Assembly (NCBI RefSeq): GCF_056712565.1 | Contig: NZ_CM160072.1 | Reading direction: 5' to 3' (one strand) | DNA length: 64,000 nucleotides | Shown here: positions 23,745 through 33,079 of the stretch, one piece after another | Numbering within the stretch: the stretch's first letter is position 1 | Layout of the letters: every line of letters starts with the position of its first letter | Notes under the pieces: model-generated | The model's input: the letters and a program-made list of their open reading frames with translations, nothing else | Database searches by the model: none | Told to the model about the DNA's origin: nothing | Translations under genes and position numbers: made by a program

Positions 23745-25313
23745 TTATTTGGTTACCTGATCAAACCAGACCATATCGGCATTCAACCCTTGTTGATACC
23801 CCTGCACATTATCACGCATGACAATTTGCGTTTTGCCTTGATCAATAAAGACATACGGGGAACTACGTTGTAGTTCTTGTTGCATTTTCTTATACAAATC
23901 AAGACGTTTAGTGCTATCAGGTTCAGCGATGGCCGCCAGCGTTTCTTTGTTCAGTTCCGGGATTTTCCAGCCGTTTAACCCGGCAACGGTGCTGGATTTG
24001 CCATCGTTATAGGCGAAAGAGCTGGCGTTGGAATGTGCGTCAAAATAATCAGGCAACCACATACGAATGGCCCCCTGATGCTGGTGGGCGCGAACGCGAG
24101 AGTAGACCTGACTCCCTGCGGCTGGCAGCAAATCAACTTTTACACCGCCCTGAGCAAAGCTGGCCTGAATTGACTGCGCGATGGTAATAAATGGCGGTTT
24201 ATTTTCGACATCAAGCGTGAAGTGCGGGTCTTTGATTCCGGCTTTAGCGAGGATCTCTTTTGCTTTGGCTGGATTAAAGGTAAACGGTGTTTCTTCCAGT
24301 GCTCCAGGAAAGCCCACGGGCAGGAAACTTTGATGGGTAAAATATTGTCCTTTTAAGAGATTTTTGGTGATGCCGTCGTAATCGACCAACCAGCGAGCGG
24401 CCTCCCAGAACGCAGGATTACTCATCAGCGGGTTATCCTTGTTACCGGTATTGAAGGCCAGGTAGTTCTGTTCGGCGGAGGCAATGCTCATCACTTTTAC
24501 GCCAGGTTTACCCTGTAATGCATCGATTTGATCGGCTCCCAGATCACGAGCCATATCAGCATCACCTTGTTGGATCAGCAGGCGACGCGTTGCCGGATCG
24601 GGAACATTTTTGATGATGACGTTTTTCAGTTTCGGGGCGCCGGTTGGTGAGCTGGCGTTGGCTTCCATCACGATGGCCTGATGCGGTTGGTAAGTACGCA
24701 TTTTAAACGCGCCGCTGCCAGCGGAATGCATCTTCAGCCATTCATTACCAAAGTCGTTATTTTTGGCGTTTGGCGCAACCAGCTTCTCGTCAACAATTGA
24801 GGCGATTGGTGTGGAGAGAATATTCAGTGCCAGCGCCGGGCTGACGTCGGCACTCCATTGCACCTGGACGGTATGGTCATCGATTTTCTTCAACTGGCTG
24901 GCGATATTTTCCGGCTGCCATCCCAGCACATTGAGAATAAACGCACCGGATTTATTCAGTGTGACAGCCCGGACATAAGAGTAAATCACATCTTCCGGGC
25001 GTACCGGATTACCAGAGGCAAATTTCGCATCGCTTTTCAGTTTTATGGTTAGCGTTTTGGCTGCGGGGTCAGCCTGCCAACTTTCCGCCAGAATCGGAGT
25101 GATTTTCGTCGGATCATTACGGTCCGGTTGTACTACGCGTTGATACAGACTTGGTACAGTCTGAATACTTGAGAGTTCATTAGCTTCTGCCGGGTCCAGA
25201 CTCACAATATCATCCAGTCCCTGGGCTACAACCAACGTATTAGGCGGTGTAGCGGCAACGGTTGTGGCGGAAATTGTGCTTAAAACCAGTAAAGGTAATA
25301 GTTTTTTAATCAT
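23745..25313 (-). CDS. Periplasmic substrate-binding protein, family 5 (peptide/nickel/opine type)
   Basis: 522-aa ORF with signal peptide MIKKLLPLLVLSTISATTVAA; size and architecture like NikA/DppA/OppA. Confidence 0.85.
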   Translation of the reverse strand: MIKKLLPLLVLSTISATTVAATPPNTLVVAQGLDDIVSLDPAEANELSSIQTVPSLYQRVVQPDRNDPTKITPILAESWQADPAAKTLTIKLKSDAKFASGNPVRPEDVIYSYVRAVTLNKSGAFILNVLGWQPENIASQLKKIDDHTVQVQWSADVSPALALNILSTPIASIVDEKLVAPNAKNNDFGNEWLKMHSAGSGAFKMRTYQPHQAIVMEANASSPTGAPKLKNVIIKNVPDPATRRLLIQQGDADMARDLGADQIDALQGKPGVKVMSIASAEQNYLAFNTGNKDNPLMSNPAFWEAARWLVDYDGITKNLLKGQYFTHQSFLPVGFPGALEETPFTFNPAKAKEILAKAGIKDPHFTLDVENKPPFITIAQSIQASFAQGGVKVDLLPAAGSQVYSRVRAHQHQGAIRMWLPDYFDAHSNASSFAYNDGKSSTVAGLNGWKIPELNKETLAAIAEPDSTKRLDLYKKMQQELQRSSPYVFIDQGKTQIVMRDNVQGYQQGLNADMVWFDQVTK

Positions 25314-25487
25314 ATGCTTCCCAATCCCTGAAATTACTTTGAGGTTATTAATATGCTATCAGACGGGGTTTCGCTGCATTAATCGCGCCAGAATATCCCG
25401 TTAATAGAACGAGTTAAACGGTCGATGATTTCTCACCTTACCGAAATTTTGTTTATCAAATGTAAAGTATTATTACGTTAGGCCGCG

Positions 25488-25515
25488 ATGAGAATTGAGT
25501 AAAGATAATTCTCAT
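25488..25515. promoter_or_regulatory. Perfect palindrome ATGAGAATT-N10-AATTCTCAT upstream of the ABC operon, candidate operator
   Basis: 9-bp perfect inverted repeat arms about 175 bp upstream of the substrate-binding protein start codon. Confidence 0.3.
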
Positions 25516-25608
25516 TTGCAATCGTGACTGGAATAGAAGAACAACCGAGAAGACGTCGCTAATAACCAGGATGGGCTGGTTTGACTGCGCAGGTATGTAT
25601 AAAAAAAT

Positions 25609-25644
25609 CCGGAAACAGAGAGTCGTTTCCGGATTGATACAAAG
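25609..25644 (-). terminator. Rho-independent terminator of fdhF
   Basis: Perfect 10-bp stem ATCCGGAAAC/GTTTCCGGAT with 8-nt loop, followed on the minus strand by a run of 7-8 U. Confidence 0.7.
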
Positions 25645-25687
25645 GCGTTGGGTAATATCGCCGCTTTTAACGTGAGTTTACGCGGTA

Positions 25688-27835
25688 TTACGCCAGTGCC
25701 GCTTCGCGCAGGCGAGTTTTCAACTTGTTGTACTCGTCAATCACGTACTGCTCGGCGGCGCGCTGATCGGCGATCGGCTCGACGCGCACGGCGCAGTATT
25801 TGTATTCCGGCGTTTTCGTAATCGGGCTTAAGTTTTCGGTCACCAGCTCGTTACAGGCACCAATCCACCACTGGTAGGTCATGTAAATCGCCCCTTTGTT
25901 CGGACGATCGCTGACCTGCGCACGGGTGATAATTTTGCCTTTACGCGAGTGCACCCAAACCAATGCCTCATCTTCAATACCCAGACGTTTGGCGTCTTCG
26001 GTATTGATTTGTGCGTAGCCAGGTTCATCAGCCAGCGCCGCCAGTGCCGCACAGTTACCGGTCATCGAACGGCAAGAGTAGTGACCAACTTCACGCACCG
26101 TTGACAGTACCATCGGGTACTCGTCGGTGAGTTTGTCGATTGGCGCTACCCAGTCGCAGGTGAAGAACTGCGCCAGACCGTTCGGGGTATCAAACTTCTC
26201 TTTAAACAGATAAGAAGTCCCCTGATCGGCATCTGAAGTATCGCGGCAAGGCCACTGAATGAAGCCCAGTTCGCCCATTTTCTCGTAAGTCGCACCGTAG
26301 AAATCCGGGCACAGATGACGCAACTCGTCCCAGATCTCCTGGGTGTTGTTGTAGTGCATCGGATAACCCATACGAGTGGCAATTTCACTGATGATTTGCC
26401 AGTCCGTTTTCAGATCCCACTTCGGCTCAACCGCCTTGAAGAAACGCTGGAAGCCACGGTCAGCCGCAGTAAACACGCCTTCATGCTCGCCCCACGACGT
26501 TGACGGTAAAATGACATCCGCCGCCGACGCGGTTTTGGTCATAAAGATGTCCTGAACGATAACCAGTTCCAGATCTTCAAAGGCTTTACGTACTGCCGAC
26601 AGTTCCGCGTCAGTTTGCAGCGGATCTTCGCCCATAATGTACGCCGCTCTCACTTCACCATGCGCCACGCGGTGCGGCAGCTCGCTGATACGATAACCGG
26701 TATGAGCAGGCAGGCTTTCCACGCCCCAGGCTTTGGCAAATTTCTCGCGGTTAGCCGGATCTTTCACGTACTGATAGCCCGGATACGTATCCGGCAGCGC
26801 GCCCATATCGCAGGCACCCTGCACGTTGTTCTGACCACGAACCGGGTTTACACCCGCATGTGGCTTACCGAGGTTACCGGTCAGCATCGCGAGGCTGGTC
26901 AGAGAACGCACGGTTTCCACGCCCTGATAGAACTGGGTTACCCCCATGCCCCACAGGATGGCGGCGCTTTCCGCCTGGGCATACATCCGCGCCGCCTGAC
27001 GAATCTCACTGGCGCTGACGCCGGTGATATCTTCAACCGACTCCGGCGTGTAGCCTTCAACGATTTTACGATACTCTTCAAAGCCTTCTGTACGGGAAGC
27101 GACGAACGCTTTGTCGTACAGATTTTCTTCAATAATGACATGGCCCATCGCATTCAACAGCGCGATGTTCGAGCCGTTTTTCAATGCAATGTGCATGTCA
27201 GCAATGCGCGCGGTTTCAATTTTACGCGGATCGCAGACGATAATTTTCGCCCCGTTACGTTTAGCGTTAATTACGTGATTCGCCACGATTGGGTGGGAAT
27301 CCGCCGGGTTATACCCGAAAACGAACACTAAATCGGTATTATCAATTTCGTTAATAGCATTGCTCATTGCGCCATTACCGACCGATTGGTGCAGACCTGC
27401 AACCGATGGGCCGTGTCAGACACGAGCGCAGCAGTCAACGTTATTGGTACCAATAACGGCGCGCGCAAATTTTTGCATTACATAGTTGGTTTCGTTACCC
27501 GTACCGCGCGAGGAGCCGGTCGTCTGGATGGCATCCGGACCGTACTTCTCTTTGATGGCGCTCAGGCGCTCGGCAACGTAATTCAGTGCCTCATCCCAGG
27601 AAACAGGTTCGAGTTTGCCGCCACGCTGGCGACGGATCATGGGGGTTTTCAGGCGCGGGGTCAGGATCTGGGTATCGTTAATGAAGTCCCAGCCATAATA
27701 ACCCTTCAGACACAGGGTACCCTGGTTGGTTTTCCCCTGCGCTGCCTCCGCCCGGACGATTTTGCCGTTATCGACGACCAGGTTGATTTTGCAACCTGAT
27801 GCGCAATAGGGGCAAACCGTGACGACTTTTTTCAT
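25688..27835 (-). CDS. fdhF: Formate dehydrogenase H, selenocysteine-containing molybdoenzyme; in-frame TGA (Sec) at 27417-27419
   Basis: The 139-aa and 559-aa ORFs are contiguous in one frame across a single TGA (..DCCARV-U-HGPSVAGLHQ..); N-terminal CPYCASGC Fe-S motif; total 715 aa. Confidence 0.9.
27370..27416 (-). other. fdhF SECIS stem-loop directing selenocysteine insertion at the TGA
   Basis: mRNA immediately 3' of the UGA (CACGGCCCAUCGGUUGCAGGUCUGCACCAAUCGGUCGG) is the hairpin-forming segment known as the fdhF SECIS. Confidence 0.6.
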
Positions 27836-27876
27836 CGGTCTCGCTCCAGTTAATCAAATCACGCATACGCGCTCTC

Positions 27877-27892
27877 GACTACAGTATGCATC
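27877..27892 (-). promoter_or_regulatory. Sigma-54 (-24/-12) promoter TGGCAT-N7-ATGCA for fdhF
   Basis: Minus-strand TGGCATAAAAGATGCA has GG and GC at the canonical spacing, about 45 bp upstream of the fdhF ATG. Confidence 0.55.
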
Positions 27893-27963
27893 TTTTATGC
27901 CACATTTTATTTGGGGTCATTCCCTGATATTACGGGCACTATTTATTCAAAACTCTGACGAAA

Positions 27964-27977
27964 AACAGGCTGTCGTC
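27964..27977. promoter_or_regulatory. Inverted repeat CGTCA-GTTT-TGACG in the fdhF upstream region, candidate activator (FhlA) site
   Basis: Palindrome about 100 bp upstream of the sigma-54 promoter, where the enhancer site is expected. Confidence 0.3.
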
Positions 27978-28032
27978 AGTTTTGACGTGACGAAACGAAA
28001 TACCGCGTGACAGCCATCACGCGGTAGACATT

Positions 28033-29499
28033 TTATTTTTTCTCGACGATGGGAGCCGCCTGATACCCGCCGCCCAGCGATTTCATCAACTGAATGCTTT
28101 GGATCACCCGGCGGCTGTCCAGCATCAGTAATGACATCTCTTCGGCAAGCACTGGCAACCGGGCTTCGGTGGCCTGTAAGCGGCTGGTTAAGCCGCGCTG
28201 ATAGGCGGCCTCGGCTGCGCGCTGGGTGAAGCGCGTTGCTTCTACGCGTTCAGCCTGCATCTCTCGCTCGTCGTTGAGCGTTTGCAGACGTGTGCCGTTG
28301 ACGGCAACGTCACGCACCGCGTTCAGTACTGACTGGTTGTAACGTTCAATCATCATGTTGCTGGCGGCGCGAGTGCCTTCGAGATTGGCATTCAACCGTC
28401 CACCGTCAAACAGCGGCAATTTCAGACCCGGGATGAAGTTGAACTGGCGACTGGTTTTTTTGAATAAGGTATCCAGGTGGATGGAGTCCAGACCGAAAAA
28501 CGCTTTGATATCAAAGCTCGGGTAGAACAGCGCCCGCGCGGAATCCACCTGATCTAATGACGCCTGAACATACCAGCGCATGGCTTGCAGATCCGGGCGT
28601 CTGGCGAGCAACTCATAAGAGAGCGTTGCCGGAATGCCGGTCTGTACTCGTGGTAATGCCACCGGTTTGATCTCCGGCATATCGCTGGCTCCCGCGCCAA
28701 TCAATGCACGCAGAGATTCTCGCGTTTCAGTGATTTGCCCTTTGACGGCAGCAATTTGTTTATCGACCGCCAGAATCTGTGCCCGCGCGCCGTGGAAAGG
28801 CACTTGCGCTTCCAGACCGTGCGCCACTTTACTCTGGTGCGCTTTCACCGCGTAATCAATCACATCGCGAGTTTGTTCTAACAGATCGAGCATCTGATAG
28901 CTGGCCTGCATACTGTAATAAAGCTGCGCTACGCCCGTGGTCAGCGATAGCTCTACTGCTGCGGTTTCTGCCAGCGCGGCATTATGCGCGCCAATGGCGG
29001 CAGCAACCGCTGAGCGATGCACACCCCACAAATCGAGATCCAGTCCGGCAAACAAACCGACTGTGGCTTCCGTATAGTACGGCCCGTCCATACCCAGTGC
29101 TGGCGCATCCATCGCATAAGGGCTTAAAAAGCCGTTCGCCGAGACGCGTTGGCGGTTGAGCATCCCTAACGCTGCGACCTGTAATTGTGAACCGGCATCT
29201 AACAAATCGGCCTGGGACTGCGCTTTTTCTTCCCGCAGTTTCGCTTCGGCGAGGGTGTGTGAACCACTTAGCGTCCGTTGGATCAGCGCATCCAGCTGCG
29301 GGTCATTGAGTTGTTTCCACCACTGCGCCTGCGGCCAGCCGGAGCTGGCAAGATGAATATCATCGGCCAGTTTGATTTGTTCCGGTTTGAGCTGTTGATG
29401 AGGCGCAGAATCCTTACGTACCAGGGCACAGCCGGAAATCAGCGTCGTGCTGCCGAGAATGCTGCACAACAGCAGACGTGAAAGTTGACGATTGATCAT
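28033..29499 (-). CDS. mdtP: Outer-membrane factor lipoprotein of the MdtNOP efflux system
   Basis: 488-aa ORF with lipoprotein signal (LISGC) and OMF-type sequence. Confidence 0.9.
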   Translation of the reverse strand: MINRQLSRLLLCSILGSTTLISGCALVRKDSAPHQQLKPEQIKLADDIHLASSGWPQAQWWKQLNDPQLDALIQRTLSGSHTLAEAKLREEKAQSQADLLDAGSQLQVAALGMLNRQRVSANGFLSPYAMDAPALGMDGPYYTEATVGLFAGLDLDLWGVHRSAVAAAIGAHNAALAETAAVELSLTTGVAQLYYSMQASYQMLDLLEQTRDVIDYAVKAHQSKVAHGLEAQVPFHGARAQILAVDKQIAAVKGQITETRESLRALIGAGASDMPEIKPVALPRVQTGIPATLSYELLARRPDLQAMRWYVQASLDQVDSARALFYPSFDIKAFFGLDSIHLDTLFKKTSRQFNFIPGLKLPLFDGGRLNANLEGTRAASNMMIERYNQSVLNAVRDVAVNGTRLQTLNDEREMQAERVEATRFTQRAAEAAYQRGLTSRLQATEARLPVLAEEMSLLMLDSRRVIQSIQLMKSLGGGYQAAPIVEKK

Positions 29500-31547
29500 T
29501 GCGTGGCTCCTTGTGCCTGTTCCGTGGCGGGCGTTAATGCCGGAGCTGTCCAGTCTGGCAAGCGGGCGAAAAGCTGGCAGACGTGTTGCTCCTGTTTTAA
29601 TAAGGTGGGCAGGATGGCCTGCGAGGCGGGTGTTTCTTCAAGCGTTATTTGAGGAGAACGGCTGAGTGCGGTTGCCAGACCGGCAGCGTATTTCTCCAGG
29701 GCGTCGGCAAACTGACCTGCTCTGTCCGGCTGTAGTGCGTTATCCAGCGCCTGCGCCGAGTTCCAGGTGGCATCCCAGGCGTGAAGAATATCGCGGCCCT
29801 GACGAATAACCGTTTGCGAACGTTCAATCAGTAATGCGCGTTCTTCGCTGTCCAGTTGACGCTCCAGCACCACGCGTTGGCACATCTCTTCACAGGCATT
29901 AAACGCCGCATGCAGACCTATGCGAATTTGCAGATAAGTGCGCAGAGCCGTGACTTCCTGCTGGCGTGGGATCCGCATTACTTTACTCAACATACCCAGC
30001 GCGCCAGCCAGTTTTTGCGGCAGCGTGCGCGCTTCGCTTTCAGGCCAGACAAAGGTGTAAATCACCGCGGACACCACGGTACCAATGATGATACCCAGAG
30101 CGCGATCGCGAATTTCCACCAGGTCGTACACCGGGCCAAAAACGTTTTCGAGCGTGGCGAGCGCGAAGGTGACCACCATCTGTGTGCCGATATAAGAAGA
30201 GCGTTCAGAGCTGGTGGCAATCCATGCGCCCAACAGGAAAATCGGTGCCAGCACAAACAGCAATTCGACAATATTGTCCAGCCAGGGCATGACCAGTAGC
30301 GTGAATAACAGTGCCAGAATCGCGCCGCAAAAGGCCCCACCAAAACGCAGCACCATCTTCTGGTACGACGAACCGACATTTGGATTAGCGACGATCACGC
30401 AGGTCAGCATACAGGTGTGAATGCCTTCCCAGTCCACGCCGCTGTAGAAGGTGTAACAGATCAAACAGGCGAGCAGCGTTTTTACCGCGTAGCGCATATA
30501 GTCTGGATTGGTAAAAGCATCGGCGACCATTGATGGCGGTTTGGCTGCGGGCGTTGGCGGCGTATTCGGGTCCATCTGACCAAGCTGTAACAGCGTCTGG
30601 CAGATATTCTCCAGGTTACATTCCCGTGCCGCCATCGCTTCACTTTCACTGATCCGCCAGTCGCTTTGCCAGCACTGACCTTCGGCAATGGTATGTTGCA
30701 GCTTGTTGATTTCTGAGACTAATTTTTGCCGAAATTCAATAATTGCCTGAGAATCAGCAAAAGAGGTGGGATCGTAGCGATTCAGCGTCGAGTAAATGTA
30801 GGTTACCGTTGCCACGCAGCTTTGCCACCATGCGCTCTGGGTTCGCCAGTTGGCATCATCCGCGAGGCAAAAGACATTGAGTTTTTGCAGCGCCAGCGCC
30901 TCTCTTTCAATCCGCGTTTCGGGTAGCGGTGCGAGGCTGTCCGTCAGGTGGCTAATGGCATCATCAAGCCGATCATTAAGCGCCTGATGCATCTGCGTAA
31001 TGGCACGACTGGGAAACCACAGCACGCCGATTAACGTCATCAGCAAGGTTGGATAGAGGCCAACAACGATACACCACAGCGTTAAGCGCACGACCACTTC
31101 CGGATAGTCGAGCATGGCGGGGAAGGTTTGCCCGTAAATAGCGACAATGGCGACGGCGAAAAAGACCAGTCCCAGCCGATGGGTGCGCATCAAAAACATG
31201 CAGCCCATCAGGATCGGCCCGGCGATGATCAATCGGATCAACGGTTCGCCATATGACCATTTGTAGATCAAAAACAGGCTGCCGATCTCCAGCACCGTGG
31301 CAACCACAAACAAGATCGCGACAAATTTGGTGTAAAACGCGTTCGACTGAATACCGTAAAACAGCACTGCCAGTGATAACGCCACAAAAGGGATCTCAAA
31401 AGTCATCGAGATCAGAATCACCAGCAGGCAGCCTACCCAGAGTTGCATAGTCTGTGGCACGCGCCCTGGTCGCCGCTCGCTTAACTCTTCATGAAAGAAC
31501 GCCAGCAGCCTGACCACCGGTAATGGCAGGGAGTTGAGCGCGCTCAT
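29496..31547 (-). CDS. mdtO: Aromatic-acid-exporter-family membrane efflux protein
   Basis: 683-aa ORF, 4-nt overlap with mdtP. Confidence 0.9.
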   Translation of the reverse strand: MSALNSLPLPVVRLLAFFHEELSERRPGRVPQTMQLWVGCLLVILISMTFEIPFVALSLAVLFYGIQSNAFYTKFVAILFVVATVLEIGSLFLIYKWSYGEPLIRLIIAGPILMGCMFLMRTHRLGLVFFAVAIVAIYGQTFPAMLDYPEVVVRLTLWCIVVGLYPTLLMTLIGVLWFPSRAITQMHQALNDRLDDAISHLTDSLAPLPETRIEREALALQKLNVFCLADDANWRTQSAWWQSCVATVTYIYSTLNRYDPTSFADSQAIIEFRQKLVSEINKLQHTIAEGQCWQSDWRISESEAMAARECNLENICQTLLQLGQMDPNTPPTPAAKPPSMVADAFTNPDYMRYAVKTLLACLICYTFYSGVDWEGIHTCMLTCVIVANPNVGSSYQKMVLRFGGAFCGAILALLFTLLVMPWLDNIVELLFVLAPIFLLGAWIATSSERSSYIGTQMVVTFALATLENVFGPVYDLVEIRDRALGIIIGTVVSAVIYTFVWPESEARTLPQKLAGALGMLSKVMRIPRQQEVTALRTYLQIRIGLHAAFNACEEMCQRVVLERQLDSEERALLIERSQTVIRQGRDILHAWDATWNSAQALDNALQPDRAGQFADALEKYAAGLATALSRSPQITLEETPASQAILPTLLKQEQHVCQLFARLPDWTAPALTPATEQAQGATQ

Positions 31548-32578
31548 TATTGTGGCTCAAGATTAGCGACTGCCGAAGCGCCGATGCGGAACATTTCCGG
31601 GTCAGGTTTATCAACCATGATTTTGACCGGAAAACGCTGGGCAACGCGGACCCAGTTAATAGACCGTGACACTTTCGGCAGGCCGCCCAGCACCAGGCCG
31701 CCGTCATCCGGTAGCACGCCGTAGCCAATCGAATCCACTTTACCCTCGAAGGTTTTGCCGCTGTCGCTCATCAGGCGAATGGTTGCGAGTGTACCCGAGC
31801 GAATATTTTTCAGATCAGTTTCGCGGAAGTTGGCAATCACGTACCAGTGACGAGTGTCGATTAGAGTGAAAATAGGGCGCATCGCAGATGCAAACTGCCC
31901 GACGGAGGTTTTGAGGGAAATGACCCGGCCATCAAACGGCGCGCGAACGGTCGCCATTTCCAGATGCAGTTTCGTCAACGCAATATCCGCTTCGACTGCC
32001 GCACGTTGCGCCACCAGCGCATCCACGCCGCTGACGGAGCTGGCGGCTGACTGCGCCTGCAACAATACGGCATTAAGGTCCGCTTCTGCCGCACGCTGTG
32101 CGGTTCTTGCACGGTCAACCTCTTCCGCAGAAACAAAACCTTCTCGCAGTAGCGGTTCGGTACGGCGTAACGTATCGCTGGCTTGTTTCGCGGCGGCACG
32201 GGCTTTTTCTACCGTGGCATTAACCGAGTCGGCACCAAACTGTTGTGCGTCAACGCTACGCTGGGTGAGCATAATTTGCTTATCCAGCGCCGCGAGGGAG
32301 GCTTCAGCTTTCGCCAGATTGGCTTCGTACGGGCGCGGGTCAATGCGGAACAGCAAATCGCCCTGTTTCACCGCCTGGTTGTCGGTGACCGCCAGTTCTA
32401 CAATGCGACCGCTGACTTCCGGCACCACATCAATGGTATCTGCTGACGCGTAAGCGTCATTAGTTGATGGCGCACTGTCTACGCGCCAGATAACGAAAAC
32501 AAGGGCAACCAGCGCCAACGCAACCACTAACAGAGCAGGGAATTTACTGCGAGGAGCTTTTTTCGGCGTACTTTCCAT
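31547..32578 (-). CDS. mdtN: Membrane fusion protein (HlyD/EmrA family)
   Basis: 343-aa ORF with N-terminal membrane anchor and coiled-coil region. Confidence 0.9.
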   Translation of the reverse strand: MESTPKKAPRSKFPALLVVALALVALVFVIWRVDSAPSTNDAYASADTIDVVPEVSGRIVELAVTDNQAVKQGDLLFRIDPRPYEANLAKAEASLAALDKQIMLTQRSVDAQQFGADSVNATVEKARAAAKQASDTLRRTEPLLREGFVSAEEVDRARTAQRAAEADLNAVLLQAQSAASSVSGVDALVAQRAAVEADIALTKLHLEMATVRAPFDGRVISLKTSVGQFASAMRPIFTLIDTRHWYVIANFRETDLKNIRSGTLATIRLMSDSGKTFEGKVDSIGYGVLPDDGGLVLGGLPKVSRSINWVRVAQRFPVKIMVDKPDPEMFRIGASAVANLEPQ

Positions 32579-32596
32579 GAGCGCGTCTCAAATAGA

Positions 32597-32872
32597 TTAG
32601 AAAAATGCCAGCCAGAACAGCATGGCGTAGAGAGCAAAAAGGGCGGTATAAATAATTCCGACAAATGCCAGATTGATATTTGTCCGCTGAATAATTCGCC
32701 TCGTGATGAGCGTCAAAATAAGGCTGGCAATAGCGCAGAAAAACCAGCCGGGATAATAAGCGCCGATCACCGGGATTGCCGGAGATAATGAGCATCCCGA
32801 AACCATGAAGACGGGAATTATCCAGGCTGTTTTTTTGAGTTGCATCGCCATGCGAGAGAGAACTGTTGGCAT
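32597..32872 (-). CDS. ytcA: Small lipoprotein at the head of the mdtNOP operon
   Basis: 91 aa from MPTVLSRMAMQLKK, with MVSGCSL lipobox. Confidence 0.7.
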   Translation of the reverse strand: MPTVLSRMAMQLKKTAWIIPVFMVSGCSLSPAIPVIGAYYPGWFFCAIASLILTLITRRIIQRTNINLAFVGIIYTALFALYAMLFWLAFF

Positions 32873-33041
32873 ATTAAATACATCCTGTCTGCTGCGAACA
32901 ATATCTGTAGTGAATATCAATATCCATTGAAGGCGTCAGTATGGCTATTTTCTCGATGAATAAAAATAGCTTTATTCAGCCACCGCATTCATAACTTATA
33001 TATTTTATTTATTAATTGGCTGTATATATTTTTAAAGCAAA

Positions 33042-33066
33042 TGCTTTGGGGGCTTCAGCGCCCCCA
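33042..33066 (-). terminator. Hairpin TTGGGGGC-TTCA-GCGCCCCCAA downstream of yjcS
   Basis: GC-rich perfect stem 14 bp after the yjcS stop. Confidence 0.45.
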
Positions 33067-33079
33067 AAAGCGAGTGACA

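Noticed and set aside
20243-25313. Calling the ABC operon nikABCDE
   Set aside because: Architecture is Nik-like, but K-12 nikABCDE maps elsewhere and has nikR downstream; no NikR box (GTATGA-N16-TCATAC) is seen upstream, so substrate and orthology are left open
27992-28015. Hairpin ACCGCGTGA-CAGCCA-TCACGCGGT as an fdhF upstream activator site
   Set aside because: It sits 18 bp past the mdtP stop codon, so it is more likely the ytcA-mdtNOP operon terminator than an fdhF enhancer; left unassigned
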